IMG/VR virus record: IMGVR_UViG_3300008459_009572
Coordinates: 1 to 63,271 of that record
From: a virus
Lineage: Duplodnaviria > Caudoviricetes
Reading direction: 5' to 3' (one strand)
Length of the DNA stretch: 63,271 nucleotides
The translations under genes were made by a program, and so were the position numbers. The notes beneath the pieces were generated by a model. The model was not told the origin of the DNA and ran no database searches. It saw nothing but the letters and a program-made list of their open reading frames with translations. This document shows, piece after piece, positions 1 through 8,594 of this stretch; positions within the stretch are counted from its first letter, which is position 1, and each line of letters starts with the position of its first letter.

Positions 1-1
1 T

Positions 2-265
2 GCAGCTATCAAGCGTATAATGGAGCATAAGAATTATCAATTTAAATTTGTTATATCCAATGAAGAAGATGTTCAAGAATTATTTCGTGACTTTGTTGTA
101 CCATTTAGCATACCGCTTAAAAATGTAGTTTGTATGCCTGGATTAGATGATGTTAAGGATTTTGAAGAACGTACTCAATTCTGTTTAGAAATGGCTAAAA
201 AATATAGATTTAGAGGATTAACTAGATTACATATTGCTGCTTGGAATAAAACATTAAATGTATAA
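2..265 (+). CDS. queE: 7-carboxy-7-deazaguanine synthase (radical SAM), C-terminal part, truncated by the window edge
   Basis: FKFVI...CMP...RLHIAAW C-terminal pattern typical of QueE; frame open from base 2; folE nearby. Confidence 0.75.
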   Translation, partial: AAIKRIMEHKNYQFKFVISNEEDVQELFRDFVVPFSIPLKNVVCMPGLDDVKDFEERTQFCLEMAKKYRFRGLTRLHIAAWNKTLNV

Positions 266-584
266 TATGAAAAAACTATTATTAATCTTATTATTTGTAC
301 CTTTATTTACTATAGGACAAGATAAAGTAAAATTTATAGCAGCAGGTGTAACTTGCTCAATGTGCTCTAATGCTATTCTTAAATCTATAACCACTGATAA
401 ATCAGTACAAAAAGTAGATCCTAATTTACAAACACAAGAATGGAATTTAGAATATCCTAAAGGTGAGTTTAAGTTAGAATTGCTAAAGAAAAGAGTTGAA
501 GATGCTGGCTTTAGTTTAGCTAAAGTATGGTTAAATAATGAGTTGATATTTGATAGTAAGAAAAAGAAACTTACTAAAAAGTGA
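258..584 (+). CDS. Secreted heavy-metal-associated (HMA) domain protein
   Basis: Signal peptide MKKLLLILLF, GVTCSMC metal-binding motif, VEDAGF end of HMA fold. Confidence 0.75.
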   Translation: MYNMKKLLLILLFVPLFTIGQDKVKFIAAGVTCSMCSNAILKSITTDKSVQKVDPNLQTQEWNLEYPKGEFKLELLKKRVEDAGFSLAKVWLNNELIFDSKKKKLTKK

Positions 585-688
585 GTATACTTTATCTTAT
601 ATTAGGATTAATAGTAACATTTGCTGTCCCTTTAGGTATGTTAAAGCTAGCTATTTGGTATTCTGATAAAATTAGTAAAAATAAATAA
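581..688 (+). CDS. Small membrane peptide (35 aa), not in ORF track
   Basis: GTGA overlap with upstream stop; MSILYLILGLIVTFAVPLGMLKLAIWYSDKISKNK fills the gap exactly. Confidence 0.5.
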   Translation: MSILYLILGLIVTFAVPLGMLKLAIWYSDKISKNK

Positions 689-694
689 TATAAT

Positions 695-943
695 ATGCCA
701 AAGTATAAAATAATGGGTGAACGTACTTTAGTTGAAGCATGGACCTATATTGTTACCGCTGACAGTGTTGATGAAGCAATTGAATTAGTTGAATATTGCC
801 CGGATGGAATGTGTGATGGAGTTCAACGCTTGCAAGATGATCAGTGTTATCAAGACGATACTGAATTTACATTATTAGAAGAAATTAAAGAACCAAAACC
901 AAAGAAAAAAGCAGTACCTAAAAAGAAATCTAAAAAGAAATAA
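695..943 (+). CDS. Hypothetical protein with acidic core and Lys-rich tail
   Basis: ORF; VxAxSxxEA motif shared with 61112..61291. Confidence 0.6.
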   Translation: MPKYKIMGERTLVEAWTYIVTADSVDEAIELVEYCPDGMCDGVQRLQDDQCYQDDTEFTLLEEIKEPKPKKKAVPKKKSKKK

Positions 944-944
944 T

Positions 945-1049
945 ATGGAAATACTTAATTTTCAAGACTGGGGTAATCCTAAATCCTTTTGGAAAGGATT
1001 AATTTGGGGATTGATAACTTTTTTCTTATTTTTAATTATAATAAAATAA
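945..1049 (+). CDS. Small membrane peptide (34 aa), not in ORF track
   Basis: MEILNFQDWGNPKSFWKGLIWGLITFFLFLIIIK fills the gap between neighbours. Confidence 0.5.
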   Translation: MEILNFQDWGNPKSFWKGLIWGLITFFLFLIIIK

Positions 1050-1052
1050 AAT

Positions 1053-1685
1053 ATGGAATTATTAAAAAAATCAAATGGTAGTCTTGCTCGTACACCAGAA
1101 CAAATCGAGCAAATGATAGATAAAGCAGCTGAAGCATATGGACATTTTCTTAATGCTGTTGGATTTGATTATACAGCTGATAGACAAACAGTAGATACGC
1201 CTCGTCGTGTAGCTAAAGCGTGGTTAAAAGATCTCATTGTAGGATCAATTACAAATGAACCAAATATTACAGTATTCCCTAATGATGAAGGGTATAATGG
1301 ATTAGTAATCCAATCAGGCATTCCTATTGTTAGTATGTGTGCACATCATAATTTAGCATTTACAGGGTATGCTACTGTAGCTTATGTTCCTGGTGAGAAT
1401 GTAATTGGTTTAAGTAAATTAAATCGTATTGTTGAATGGTTCTCTCGTAGACCACAAATGCAAGAATCATTAACACAACAAATCCACGATTATCTTGCAA
1501 CTAAAATGGATTGCCCATCAGTAGCAGTTAGTGTTGCTTGTAAACATACCTGTTGCTCACACAGAGGTATTAAACATCCATCTGTAATGACTACAAATAA
1601 ATTTAGTGGTGTATTTATGGAAAAAGATAATTTAATTAGAGAAGAATTCTTACACGCAATTGAAGTAAATGGAACAAAATTTTAG
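1053..1685 (+). CDS. folE: GTP cyclohydrolase I
   Basis: TPRRVAK, SMCAHH, GLSKLNR, RPQMQE, HTCCSHRG motifs. Confidence 0.95.
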   Translation: MELLKKSNGSLARTPEQIEQMIDKAAEAYGHFLNAVGFDYTADRQTVDTPRRVAKAWLKDLIVGSITNEPNITVFPNDEGYNGLVIQSGIPIVSMCAHHNLAFTGYATVAYVPGENVIGLSKLNRIVEWFSRRPQMQESLTQQIHDYLATKMDCPSVAVSVACKHTCCSHRGIKHPSVMTTNKFSGVFMEKDNLIREEFLHAIEVNGTKF

Positions 1686-2091
1686 TAAACGATTTTTAGA
1701 GTGGAGTGATATTGATAGAGCAGTCGAAAGACTTGCTCTTAATATTGAAGATAGTAAACAAAAAATAGGAGCTATAAAAGGAATTGCTCGTGGTGGTCTT
1801 ATTCCTGCTGTATTATTATCTCATAGATTAGGAATACCTTACATAACAGAAGATGATAATAGCACAGAAGACTATATTCTAGTAGTAGATGATATTTGTG
1901 ATACTGGAGAAACATTAAAAGAATATTCTAAATATGAATCAATTCTTATAGCAACTCTCCACTATAAAACATCAGCTATGATTGAACCAGATTTTTGGTG
2001 GAAAATAGCTCCTGAAAATGAATGGATAGTTTATCCATGGGAAAGAAAAGATTCAAAAATAATACCAGACTATGCAACAAAAAGAAAGTAA
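1669..2091 (+). CDS. Purine phosphoribosyltransferase (Gpt-like)
   Basis: ARGGLIPA, LVVDDICDTGETL PRPP-binding motif, WIVYPWE. Confidence 0.9.
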   Translation: MEQNFSKRFLEWSDIDRAVERLALNIEDSKQKIGAIKGIARGGLIPAVLLSHRLGIPYITEDDNSTEDYILVVDDICDTGETLKEYSKYESILIATLHYKTSAMIEPDFWWKIAPENEWIVYPWERKDSKIIPDYATKRK

Positions 2092-2233
2092 AACAAATTG
2101 GCATTTTTGGCTTAGTATGGTTAAGTCAGTTTTCAGAATATTTGCTGGCGTAGCGGTTGTATTTCAAGATTTTGAAATTGGAGGTTTTTTATTTATATTA
2201 GCTGAGGCAATTGGAATTGCCGAGGAATTTTAG
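2072..2233 (+). CDS. Small two-helix membrane protein (53 aa), not in ORF track
   Basis: MQQKESKTNWHFWLSMVKSVFRIFAGVAVV...FILAEAIGIAEEF; fills the gap. Confidence 0.6.
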   Translation: MQQKESKTNWHFWLSMVKSVFRIFAGVAVVFQDFEIGGFLFILAEAIGIAEEF

Positions 2234-2246
2234 TATATTTATCTAT

Positions 2247-2432
2247 ATGATTATAATAGATGCCAAAAGATGTAGTTCAATAGAACAAGCTTTAAAACAA
2301 TACAAAAATAAACATAATAAGCTTGGCATTATTAAAGAACTTCGCGAACGCCAAACATTTACAAAACCATCTGTAAAACGCAGAGGTGAAATATTAAAGG
2401 CACAATATATAGAATCTAAACGAGTAAAATAA
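2247..2432 (+). CDS. rpsU: 30S ribosomal protein bS21 (phage-encoded)
   Basis: IEQALKQYKNK...ELRERQTFTKPSVKRR...KAQY matches Bacteroidota-type bS21; start reassigned to ATG 2247. Confidence 0.9.
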   Translation: MIIIDAKRCSSIEQALKQYKNKHNKLGIIKELRERQTFTKPSVKRRGEILKAQYIESKRVK

Positions 2433-2436
2433 AGTT

Positions 2437-2973
2437 ATGTTAAACGCAAAACAAATAGTTGATGAAGGTTTACTTCTACTAGAAGAAACCAAAGGCAAAC
2501 CAGCACAAGTTGGTTATGATTTATCACTTAAAGCAGTACAAAAAATAGGCAATAAGATAAATGGTGCCTATAATTTATCCTCTTTTAGTAGTAAAATTGG
2601 TAAAGTACTAAAAGATAAAACCGAATTAACCACCTACACTCCAGTTGATTCTATTAATTTAGATGGAGTAAGAGGTTGGCTATTACATGAAGGTGTATAT
2701 GATATTACTTTTAATGAAGGGTGTAAAATCCCAGACAATAGAGTAGCATTCATTAAACAACGTTCTTCCTTGTACCGCAATGGTGCAATAATTAACAGTC
2801 CTGTATTTGACCCCGGTTTTGAAACACAAAATATGGGTACATTACTTTATGTTCATGAAACAATATTTATTGAACAAGATGCTAGAGTAGCACAAATTTA
2901 TTTTCATGAATGTTTATCTGCTGAAAAATATAATGGACAGTGGCAAAATGATAAGCAACGTAGTTCGCTATAA
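2437..2973 (+). CDS. dCTP deaminase / trimeric dUTPase family protein
   Basis: GYDL, RSSLYRNG, FDPGF, RVAQ, YNGQWQ motifs. Confidence 0.85.
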   Translation: MLNAKQIVDEGLLLLEETKGKPAQVGYDLSLKAVQKIGNKINGAYNLSSFSSKIGKVLKDKTELTTYTPVDSINLDGVRGWLLHEGVYDITFNEGCKIPDNRVAFIKQRSSLYRNGAIINSPVFDPGFETQNMGTLLYVHETIFIEQDARVAQIYFHECLSAEKYNGQWQNDKQRSSL

Positions 2974-2984
2974 TATTTATAGGT

Positions 2985-3866
2985 ATGCCTATAACATTAT
3001 CAAATAATAGCGGAACGGGTAACTTTTTACTGATAAACAATACTAATAGTGGTAACTTTGCTTTGAATTTTAGTAGTAGTGTAGTCCCTCCTGTTAGTGG
3101 ATCTGTTTTTTCTCTTATAAATACTATTATACCTTATTTAAGAGCAAACAGTGGTAGTTTAAGAAATCCAAATTTCTTTACTTATTTCTTAGATGGTGGT
3201 CCTTATTCTATAGCAGATGGTGGAAATGATATGTATGATATTGGTAACTTTACCGCTCCTTGGTTGCGTAATAATACTAGCTACTTAAATAGTACTTCTA
3301 TTCCTACCCCAACCCCAGCTTTAAACTATAGTTCTCAATCATCTACTTTAACTGACACTAACTTTTATTATGCTTCATTTGGATATAGTCAATCAACTGG
3401 TTCCTTCCCAGCAGGTTCACAAAATGGAAGATTTCATCCACTAACAATAATTGGAGCTAGAAGTGGATCAGGACCAATTGGATTCCAAAAAGCAGGTAAT
3501 ATTGGAGCAGATGGTGGTGGATCTTTAACTACAGCAAGTATATATTCTGGATCAGTAGTAAATGGATTTACAACTTATGCATTCTACCGTCAAACATTTG
3601 GACAGTCAGCAGATCCAGCTGTATGTGATGTTTATATACTACTAGGTCACCCTAATTGGGGATCTACATTTGGTACAGTAATATCTGGTTCAAATGCTAG
3701 TACAGATAATAATGGTGGTACTCTATATGCTACTGGGTCATCAAGTGAATTACTTGCAATAACTACTTTATTAAGTAGAACAGGATCAATAGCAATTACA
3801 CTTAATGAAGTTAAAACTGTAGTTGATAATTATACTACTTTAATAAAAACAGTACTTAATTATTAA
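2985..3866 (+). CDS. Hypothetical Ser/Thr/Gly/Asn-rich protein, possibly virion-associated
   Basis: Composition typical of beta-rich phage appendage proteins; ATATTTAT motif immediately upstream. Confidence 0.5.
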   Translation: MPITLSNNSGTGNFLLINNTNSGNFALNFSSSVVPPVSGSVFSLINTIIPYLRANSGSLRNPNFFTYFLDGGPYSIADGGNDMYDIGNFTAPWLRNNTSYLNSTSIPTPTPALNYSSQSSTLTDTNFYYASFGYSQSTGSFPAGSQNGRFHPLTIIGARSGSGPIGFQKAGNIGADGGGSLTTASIYSGSVVNGFTTYAFYRQTFGQSADPAVCDVYILLGHPNWGSTFGTVISGSNASTDNNGGTLYATGSSSELLAITTLLSRTGSIAITLNEVKTVVDNYTTLIKTVLNY

Positions 3867-3885
3867 TTTGACTTTGTCAAAATAA
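3864..3885. repeat. 22-bp direct repeat, copy 1 (TAATTTGACTTTGTCAAAATAA)
   Basis: Exact match to 8554..8575; contains inverted repeat TTTGAC-TTT-GTCAAA. Confidence 0.9.
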
Positions 3886-3898
3886 TTTTACATATTTA
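3867..3898 (+). promoter_or_regulatory. Putative promoter (TTTG-N20-CATATTTA with GTCAAA box)
   Basis: Matches the recurring intergenic motif. Confidence 0.55.
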
Positions 3899-3926
3899 GT
3901 TATATTTATAATAAATAAATCAGTTT

Positions 3927-5171
3927 ATGCAAAGAAATTACATTGAAAATAATAAAGATTTAACAATTTTTACAATTGACAATTTTATCTCAGATGAAGA
4001 TTGTAATTATCTATGTGATCTTATTGAAAAAAATAACTATAGGTCTCTAGTAACTGGAGAAGGCAACCAATATAGTGTTGCTAATGATAATAGAACTAGT
4101 TCAACTTCTACTTTAGAAAATACTGATTCTATAGTTAAAAAAATAAACGAAAATATTGCTAATGAACTTCAAGTTCCTACTAAAAATGGAGAAACTCTTC
4201 AAGGCCAATTATATGAGATTGGACAAGAATTTAAACATCACCATGATTATTTTTCAGGAGATGGATATATAAATCATTGTTTAGCTAGCGGACAAAGAAC
4301 ATGGACCTGTATGGCTTATCTAAATGATGTTGAAGAAGGAGGTGAAACTGATTTTCCTCAAATTGAGGTAAAATTTAAACCCAAAAAAGGAATGGCTGTA
4401 TTTTGGAGTCATTTTGATAGTAATGGTAAAGAAAATCCCGCTTCTCTTCATGCTGGTACTCCTGTTATTAAAGGTAAAAAAATAATTATAACAAAGTGGT
4501 TTAGAAAAAATGAATGGATAGCTGGGGCAGATAGTCAAGCCGCTCAAAAACATCATGATAATTTAAAACAACAACAATTGGAAAGTAAAACATTTAAAAA
4601 CCCTTTAGAACTTCCTAAATTAACTCCATTAGGTTTTAAAGTAGTAAAAGTACCTGCAGACACATGGCAATTAATTCAGGAATCTTATGGATTACTAAAA
4701 AATGTAATAAGACAAGAAAATTGGGAAGGCATTAAAAATATAATTCATGACAAAGATGGTAATGCCCCCGTTGAAATAATGTCAATGGATAACTGCCCTC
4801 GTATACGTCAGATCATCCATAATGAACTTAAACCAATTCATGAAGAATTTTCAGGGGAAAATTTAGAACCTACTTACATTTACGGGATAAGATCATATAA
4901 AAGAGGAGCTATTTTAGAATCCCATAAAGACAGGATAGCAACTCATCATATATCTGCTATTATTATAGTTGATAAACAAGTAGATAGAGATTGGCCACTT
5001 GATATTCAAGATCATGAAGGTAATTGGCACAAGATATATGCTGAAGTCGGGGATATGATTTTATACGAGTCTGCAATCTGTGAACATGGAAGAAAAGAAC
5101 CACTAGAAGGTGAATATTTTAGAAATTTCTTTGTACATTACAAACTAAAAGACTGGGTTTATAACGGATGA
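3927..5171 (+). CDS. Prolyl 4-hydroxylase-like protein with two tandem 2OG-Fe(II) domains
   Basis: Domain 1: HHDYF, GQRTWT, YLNDVEEGGETDFP, LHAGTPVIKGKKIIITKW (P4Hc pattern); domain 2: HKD...HGR. Confidence 0.85.
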   Translation: MQRNYIENNKDLTIFTIDNFISDEDCNYLCDLIEKNNYRSLVTGEGNQYSVANDNRTSSTSTLENTDSIVKKINENIANELQVPTKNGETLQGQLYEIGQEFKHHHDYFSGDGYINHCLASGQRTWTCMAYLNDVEEGGETDFPQIEVKFKPKKGMAVFWSHFDSNGKENPASLHAGTPVIKGKKIIITKWFRKNEWIAGADSQAAQKHHDNLKQQQLESKTFKNPLELPKLTPLGFKVVKVPADTWQLIQESYGLLKNVIRQENWEGIKNIIHDKDGNAPVEIMSMDNCPRIRQIIHNELKPIHEEFSGENLEPTYIYGIRSYKRGAILESHKDRIATHHISAIIIVDKQVDRDWPLDIQDHEGNWHKIYAEVGDMILYESAICEHGRKEPLEGEYFRNFFVHYKLKDWVYNG

Positions 5172-5995
5172 TTAGTATACCTGTAGCAGTTGCGACTCCT
5201 CATTTTAAATGGCAGATCTCTCTATTTGAATACCAGCATTTTAAAGTGTATGGGGAAGAAGCAGTAAATAAAGCCATTATTCCAATTGTTAAAAGAAATT
5301 TTAAAAACCAAGAAAAAATTGAAAATGTAGATTGGGGTATAAAACTTCCATATCGTATGGTAGAATCTGTATTAGATTTATATAATTTAGATGAAGAAAT
5401 TTATATTCCTTCTAATTGTTATGCCGCTATCAAACAAATAATACATGAAATTAATGATGAAGAATGTATTGAAATACTTGATGCTGATATGCCCCATATA
5501 AGACCATATAGTGGATATATTCCAAGTGATGATGAAATATTAGCAGATGATAGATATGAATCATGGCATATGTTTATATCAAAAGAAGATGGTATTAATA
5601 GAAATATTATACAGAAATATTTAAAACATAATGATAATCAATATATGAACGGTGGTTCTAATATAATTTGTAAAGCATCTACTATGAAAAAAATAATAGA
5701 TGAAGTTATTGAGGTTGGATTACAAATTGGATTAGAACATAAAGGTACAAAACATTCTTGGTGGCAATCTATGTATGCAATTAATGTAGCCTGTCATAAT
5801 AATAGAATAAAAATGATTTCAAGAGATGGATGTTATTTTCCAAACATAAATGAAATAGATTTATCTAAACACCATGTAGTACATTATAGTTGTGATCCTA
5901 TTTTTAATAAATCACAATTTCCTTTAATTAATATAAAAGATTTTCCCAATAATGCTTTTTATAATGCTGTTAAAAGTTGGATTTACGAAAAATAA
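5168..5995 (+). CDS. Putative hydroxyproline/peptidyl O-glycosyltransferase (HPAT/SERGT-like, GT95/96-like)
   Basis: FKWQ near N-terminus, ILDADM DxD motif, WWQSMYAINVAC (cf. WxxEMYAY), VVHYS. Confidence 0.55.
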   Translation: MISIPVAVATPHFKWQISLFEYQHFKVYGEEAVNKAIIPIVKRNFKNQEKIENVDWGIKLPYRMVESVLDLYNLDEEIYIPSNCYAAIKQIIHEINDEECIEILDADMPHIRPYSGYIPSDDEILADDRYESWHMFISKEDGINRNIIQKYLKHNDNQYMNGGSNIICKASTMKKIIDEVIEVGLQIGLEHKGTKHSWWQSMYAINVACHNNRIKMISRDGCYFPNINEIDLSKHHVVHYSCDPIFNKSQFPLINIKDFPNNAFYNAVKSWIYEK

Positions 5996-6861
5996 TGGAA
6001 ACAATATTAGTACAAATAGCATGTAGATTAGATAAAGAAGTTAAAAAAACAATAATTGATTTATACAAAAAAGCAGATAATCCTGATGCAATTGAGATTA
6101 TTGTAATAAATCAAGATTTTGAAAATGATATGTGGAAACAGTCTGATTTTCCTGATAAGGTAACCCTTATTAATATTGAAGAAAGTAAAACTAGAAATTT
6201 AGCACACACTCGTTCCTTTTGTAAATTATATATAAAGCCATCTCATAAATATTTTATGAATATTGATGCTCATAGTAGATTTGATGAGCATTGGGATACT
6301 ACACTTATAACAGCATACGAAAATTATGGGAAAAAATGTATGATAAGTGTTTATCCAAAAGGATATCAAGTAAAACCAAATGGGGAAGATTTTTTAATCT
6401 TAGATAATTCATTTGCTATAAATTATTTTAATACGGTACCCACTGGTATTTTTAGAATTGAAGCTATACCTGTACCTGTTGTAACAAAAGAAAAATACTA
6501 TAGAAGTTTAGCTGCTGGGGGATTTCATTTTACAATAATTGATTGGGTATGGGAAGTTGGATATGATCCGTATTGTGAATGGAATGAACATGAACTAAGT
6601 ATTTCACTTAGAACTTATTGCCATGGGTATGATGTAATTAGTTATCATGTTAGACCTATATATCATTTATATGACCATACTCAACGAAAATCATTAAAAT
6701 CACCTACATTTAATTATGGTATTAACTCATCTGAAAGAATGAAATCATTGATAAAAAAAGAAAATAAAACTTTTTTAGAAAATGTGTATCCACTAGGTGA
6801 CAAAAGAACTTTAGAAGACTTTGAAAAAGAATATAATTTTGAAATAAGCAAACATATATGA
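5995..6861 (+). CDS. Skp1-type hydroxyproline GlcNAc-transferase-like protein (GT60 / Gnt1-like)
   Basis: ILVQIACRLD, ADNP, YFMNIDAHSRFDEHWD, AAGGFHF, GYDP, ELSISLRTYCHGYD, IYHLY; start at TAATG overlap. Confidence 0.75.
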   Translation: METILVQIACRLDKEVKKTIIDLYKKADNPDAIEIIVINQDFENDMWKQSDFPDKVTLINIEESKTRNLAHTRSFCKLYIKPSHKYFMNIDAHSRFDEHWDTTLITAYENYGKKCMISVYPKGYQVKPNGEDFLILDNSFAINYFNTVPTGIFRIEAIPVPVVTKEKYYRSLAAGGFHFTIIDWVWEVGYDPYCEWNEHELSISLRTYCHGYDVISYHVRPIYHLYDHTQRKSLKSPTFNYGINSSERMKSLIKKENKTFLENVYPLGDKRTLEDFEKEYNFEISKHI

Positions 6862-6865
6862 TGCT

Positions 6866-8056
6866 ATGAAAAATATTAATAAACCTATTCAATTATTTAA
6901 AGTACACATGAATTCTAATGCTAAAATAGAAGTAGGAAAAGTACTAGATAGTGGATATATAGGACAAGGTTCTAAAGTAGAAGAATTTGAAAAAAAACTA
7001 AACGAATATTTTAATTCAGACAGAATAGTAACAGTAAATTCAGGAACATCAGGATTACACTTGGCTTTACATTTACTAAAAAAACCTTCAAGCATAGTAT
7101 CTGCTGATGGTTACAGTAAATATGAAAAAAATTGGCCAGGTATACAAGAAAACGATGAAGTTTTAGCAACAGCACTAACATGTACTGCCTCAAATTGGCC
7201 TATACTAGCAAATGGGTTAAAAATTAAATGGGTTGATATTGATGAGAAAACTCTTAATATGGATTTAGATGATTTAGAAAGAAAAATAACATCAAAAACA
7301 AAAGCAATTATAGTAGTACATTGGGGAGGATATCCTTTAGATTTAGATAGGCTTAAAAAAATCCAAGATAAAGCATTTGAATTATACGGATTCAAACCAG
7401 CAATTATTGAGGATGGAGCCCACTCATTTGGTTCTGAATATAAAGGAAAAAAACTAGGTAATCATGGAAATATAGTCATGTATTCTTTACAAGCTATTAA
7501 ACATATAACCTCTATCGATGGTGGATTATTAGTACTACCCTATCAGGATCTTTATAATAGAGCAAAATTAATTCGTTGGTATGGGATTGATAGAAATAGT
7601 AATAAAAAAGATTTTCGTTGTGAGGCAGATATTACTGAATGGGGATTTAAGTTTCATATGAATGATGTTTGTGCAACAGTTGGAATTGAAAATTTAAAAG
7701 ATGCAGATGCAATTATATCTAAACATAGAGATAATGCAAAATTTTATGATGAAAATTTAAAAGGAATCAATAATATTACTTTATTAGAAAGACATAAAGA
7801 TCACAATTCTGCTTTTTGGATTTATAGTTTATTAGTTGAAAATAGAGACGGATTTTATAAACACATGAAAGACTGTGGAATTATAGTATCACAAGTACAT
7901 GAAAGAAATGATAAACACACTGCTGTGAAGGAATTTAGAACTCCTCTTCCTACATTAGATAAAATACTACCAAAAGTAGTTTCCATACCAGTTGGATGGT
8001 GGGTCACAGAAGAAGAAAGACAGTACATTGTTGATTGTATTAAAAGTGGTTGGTAA
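6866..8056 (+). CDS. DegT/DnrJ/EryC1/StrS sugar aminotransferase
   Basis: NSGTSGLHLA, VVHWGG, IEDGAH, SLQAIKHITSIDGG with PLP lysine. Confidence 0.92.
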   Translation: MKNINKPIQLFKVHMNSNAKIEVGKVLDSGYIGQGSKVEEFEKKLNEYFNSDRIVTVNSGTSGLHLALHLLKKPSSIVSADGYSKYEKNWPGIQENDEVLATALTCTASNWPILANGLKIKWVDIDEKTLNMDLDDLERKITSKTKAIIVVHWGGYPLDLDRLKKIQDKAFELYGFKPAIIEDGAHSFGSEYKGKKLGNHGNIVMYSLQAIKHITSIDGGLLVLPYQDLYNRAKLIRWYGIDRNSNKKDFRCEADITEWGFKFHMNDVCATVGIENLKDADAIISKHRDNAKFYDENLKGINNITLLERHKDHNSAFWIYSLLVENRDGFYKHMKDCGIIVSQVHERNDKHTAVKEFRTPLPTLDKILPKVVSIPVGWWVTEEERQYIVDCIKSGW

Positions 8057-8058
8057 TA

Positions 8059-8556
8059 ATGAATTTAATTTTTACGAAGATAACAAAAGACGATTTGGTA
8101 TTTGTAAATAAAATTCGTAATGAATATGCTGTTGAATACTTACATAATAGTCAAACCTACTCATTAGAAGAAACACATGATTGGTTTAATAAGGCTAACC
8201 CTGATTTTTGGATTATATTAGATTCAGATTTGAAAATAAAAGTTGGATATTTTAGATTATCAAATTATTCAAAAGAAAATAAAAACATATATGTTGGGGC
8301 TGATATAGCACCTGAATATAAAGGGAAAGGATATGGTAGGAATGCTTACAAAATATTTATACCTTATTTGTTTGAACAATACGATTTACATAAAATAACA
8401 TTAGAAGTTCTTTCTACAAACATAATAGCTAAAAATCTATATGAAAGTTTAGGATTTACTTATGAAGGTAAAAAAAGAGAAGAAATTTATAAAAATGGAA
8501 AGTGGATTGATTCAATTATAATGTCACTACTAAAGTCAGAATACAAAAGTAAATAA
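8059..8556 (+). CDS. GNAT N-acetyltransferase (PseH/RimJ-like)
   Basis: YKGKGYG acetyl-CoA motif, LEVLSTN..A..LYESLGF..EG. Confidence 0.85.
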   Translation: MNLIFTKITKDDLVFVNKIRNEYAVEYLHNSQTYSLEETHDWFNKANPDFWIILDSDLKIKVGYFRLSNYSKENKNIYVGADIAPEYKGKGYGRNAYKIFIPYLFEQYDLHKITLEVLSTNIIAKNLYESLGFTYEGKKREEIYKNGKWIDSIIMSLLKSEYKSK

Positions 8557-8575
8557 TTTGACTTTGTCAAAATAA
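8554..8575. repeat. 22-bp direct repeat, copy 2
   Basis: Exact match to 3864..3885. Confidence 0.9.
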
Positions 8576-8588
8576 AATCTTATATTTA
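8557..8588 (+). promoter_or_regulatory. Putative promoter of DNA polymerase (TTTG-N20-TATATTTA)
   Basis: Bacteroidota -33/-7 type spacing plus GTCAAA box. Confidence 0.6.
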
Positions 8589-8594
8589 AGGGTT

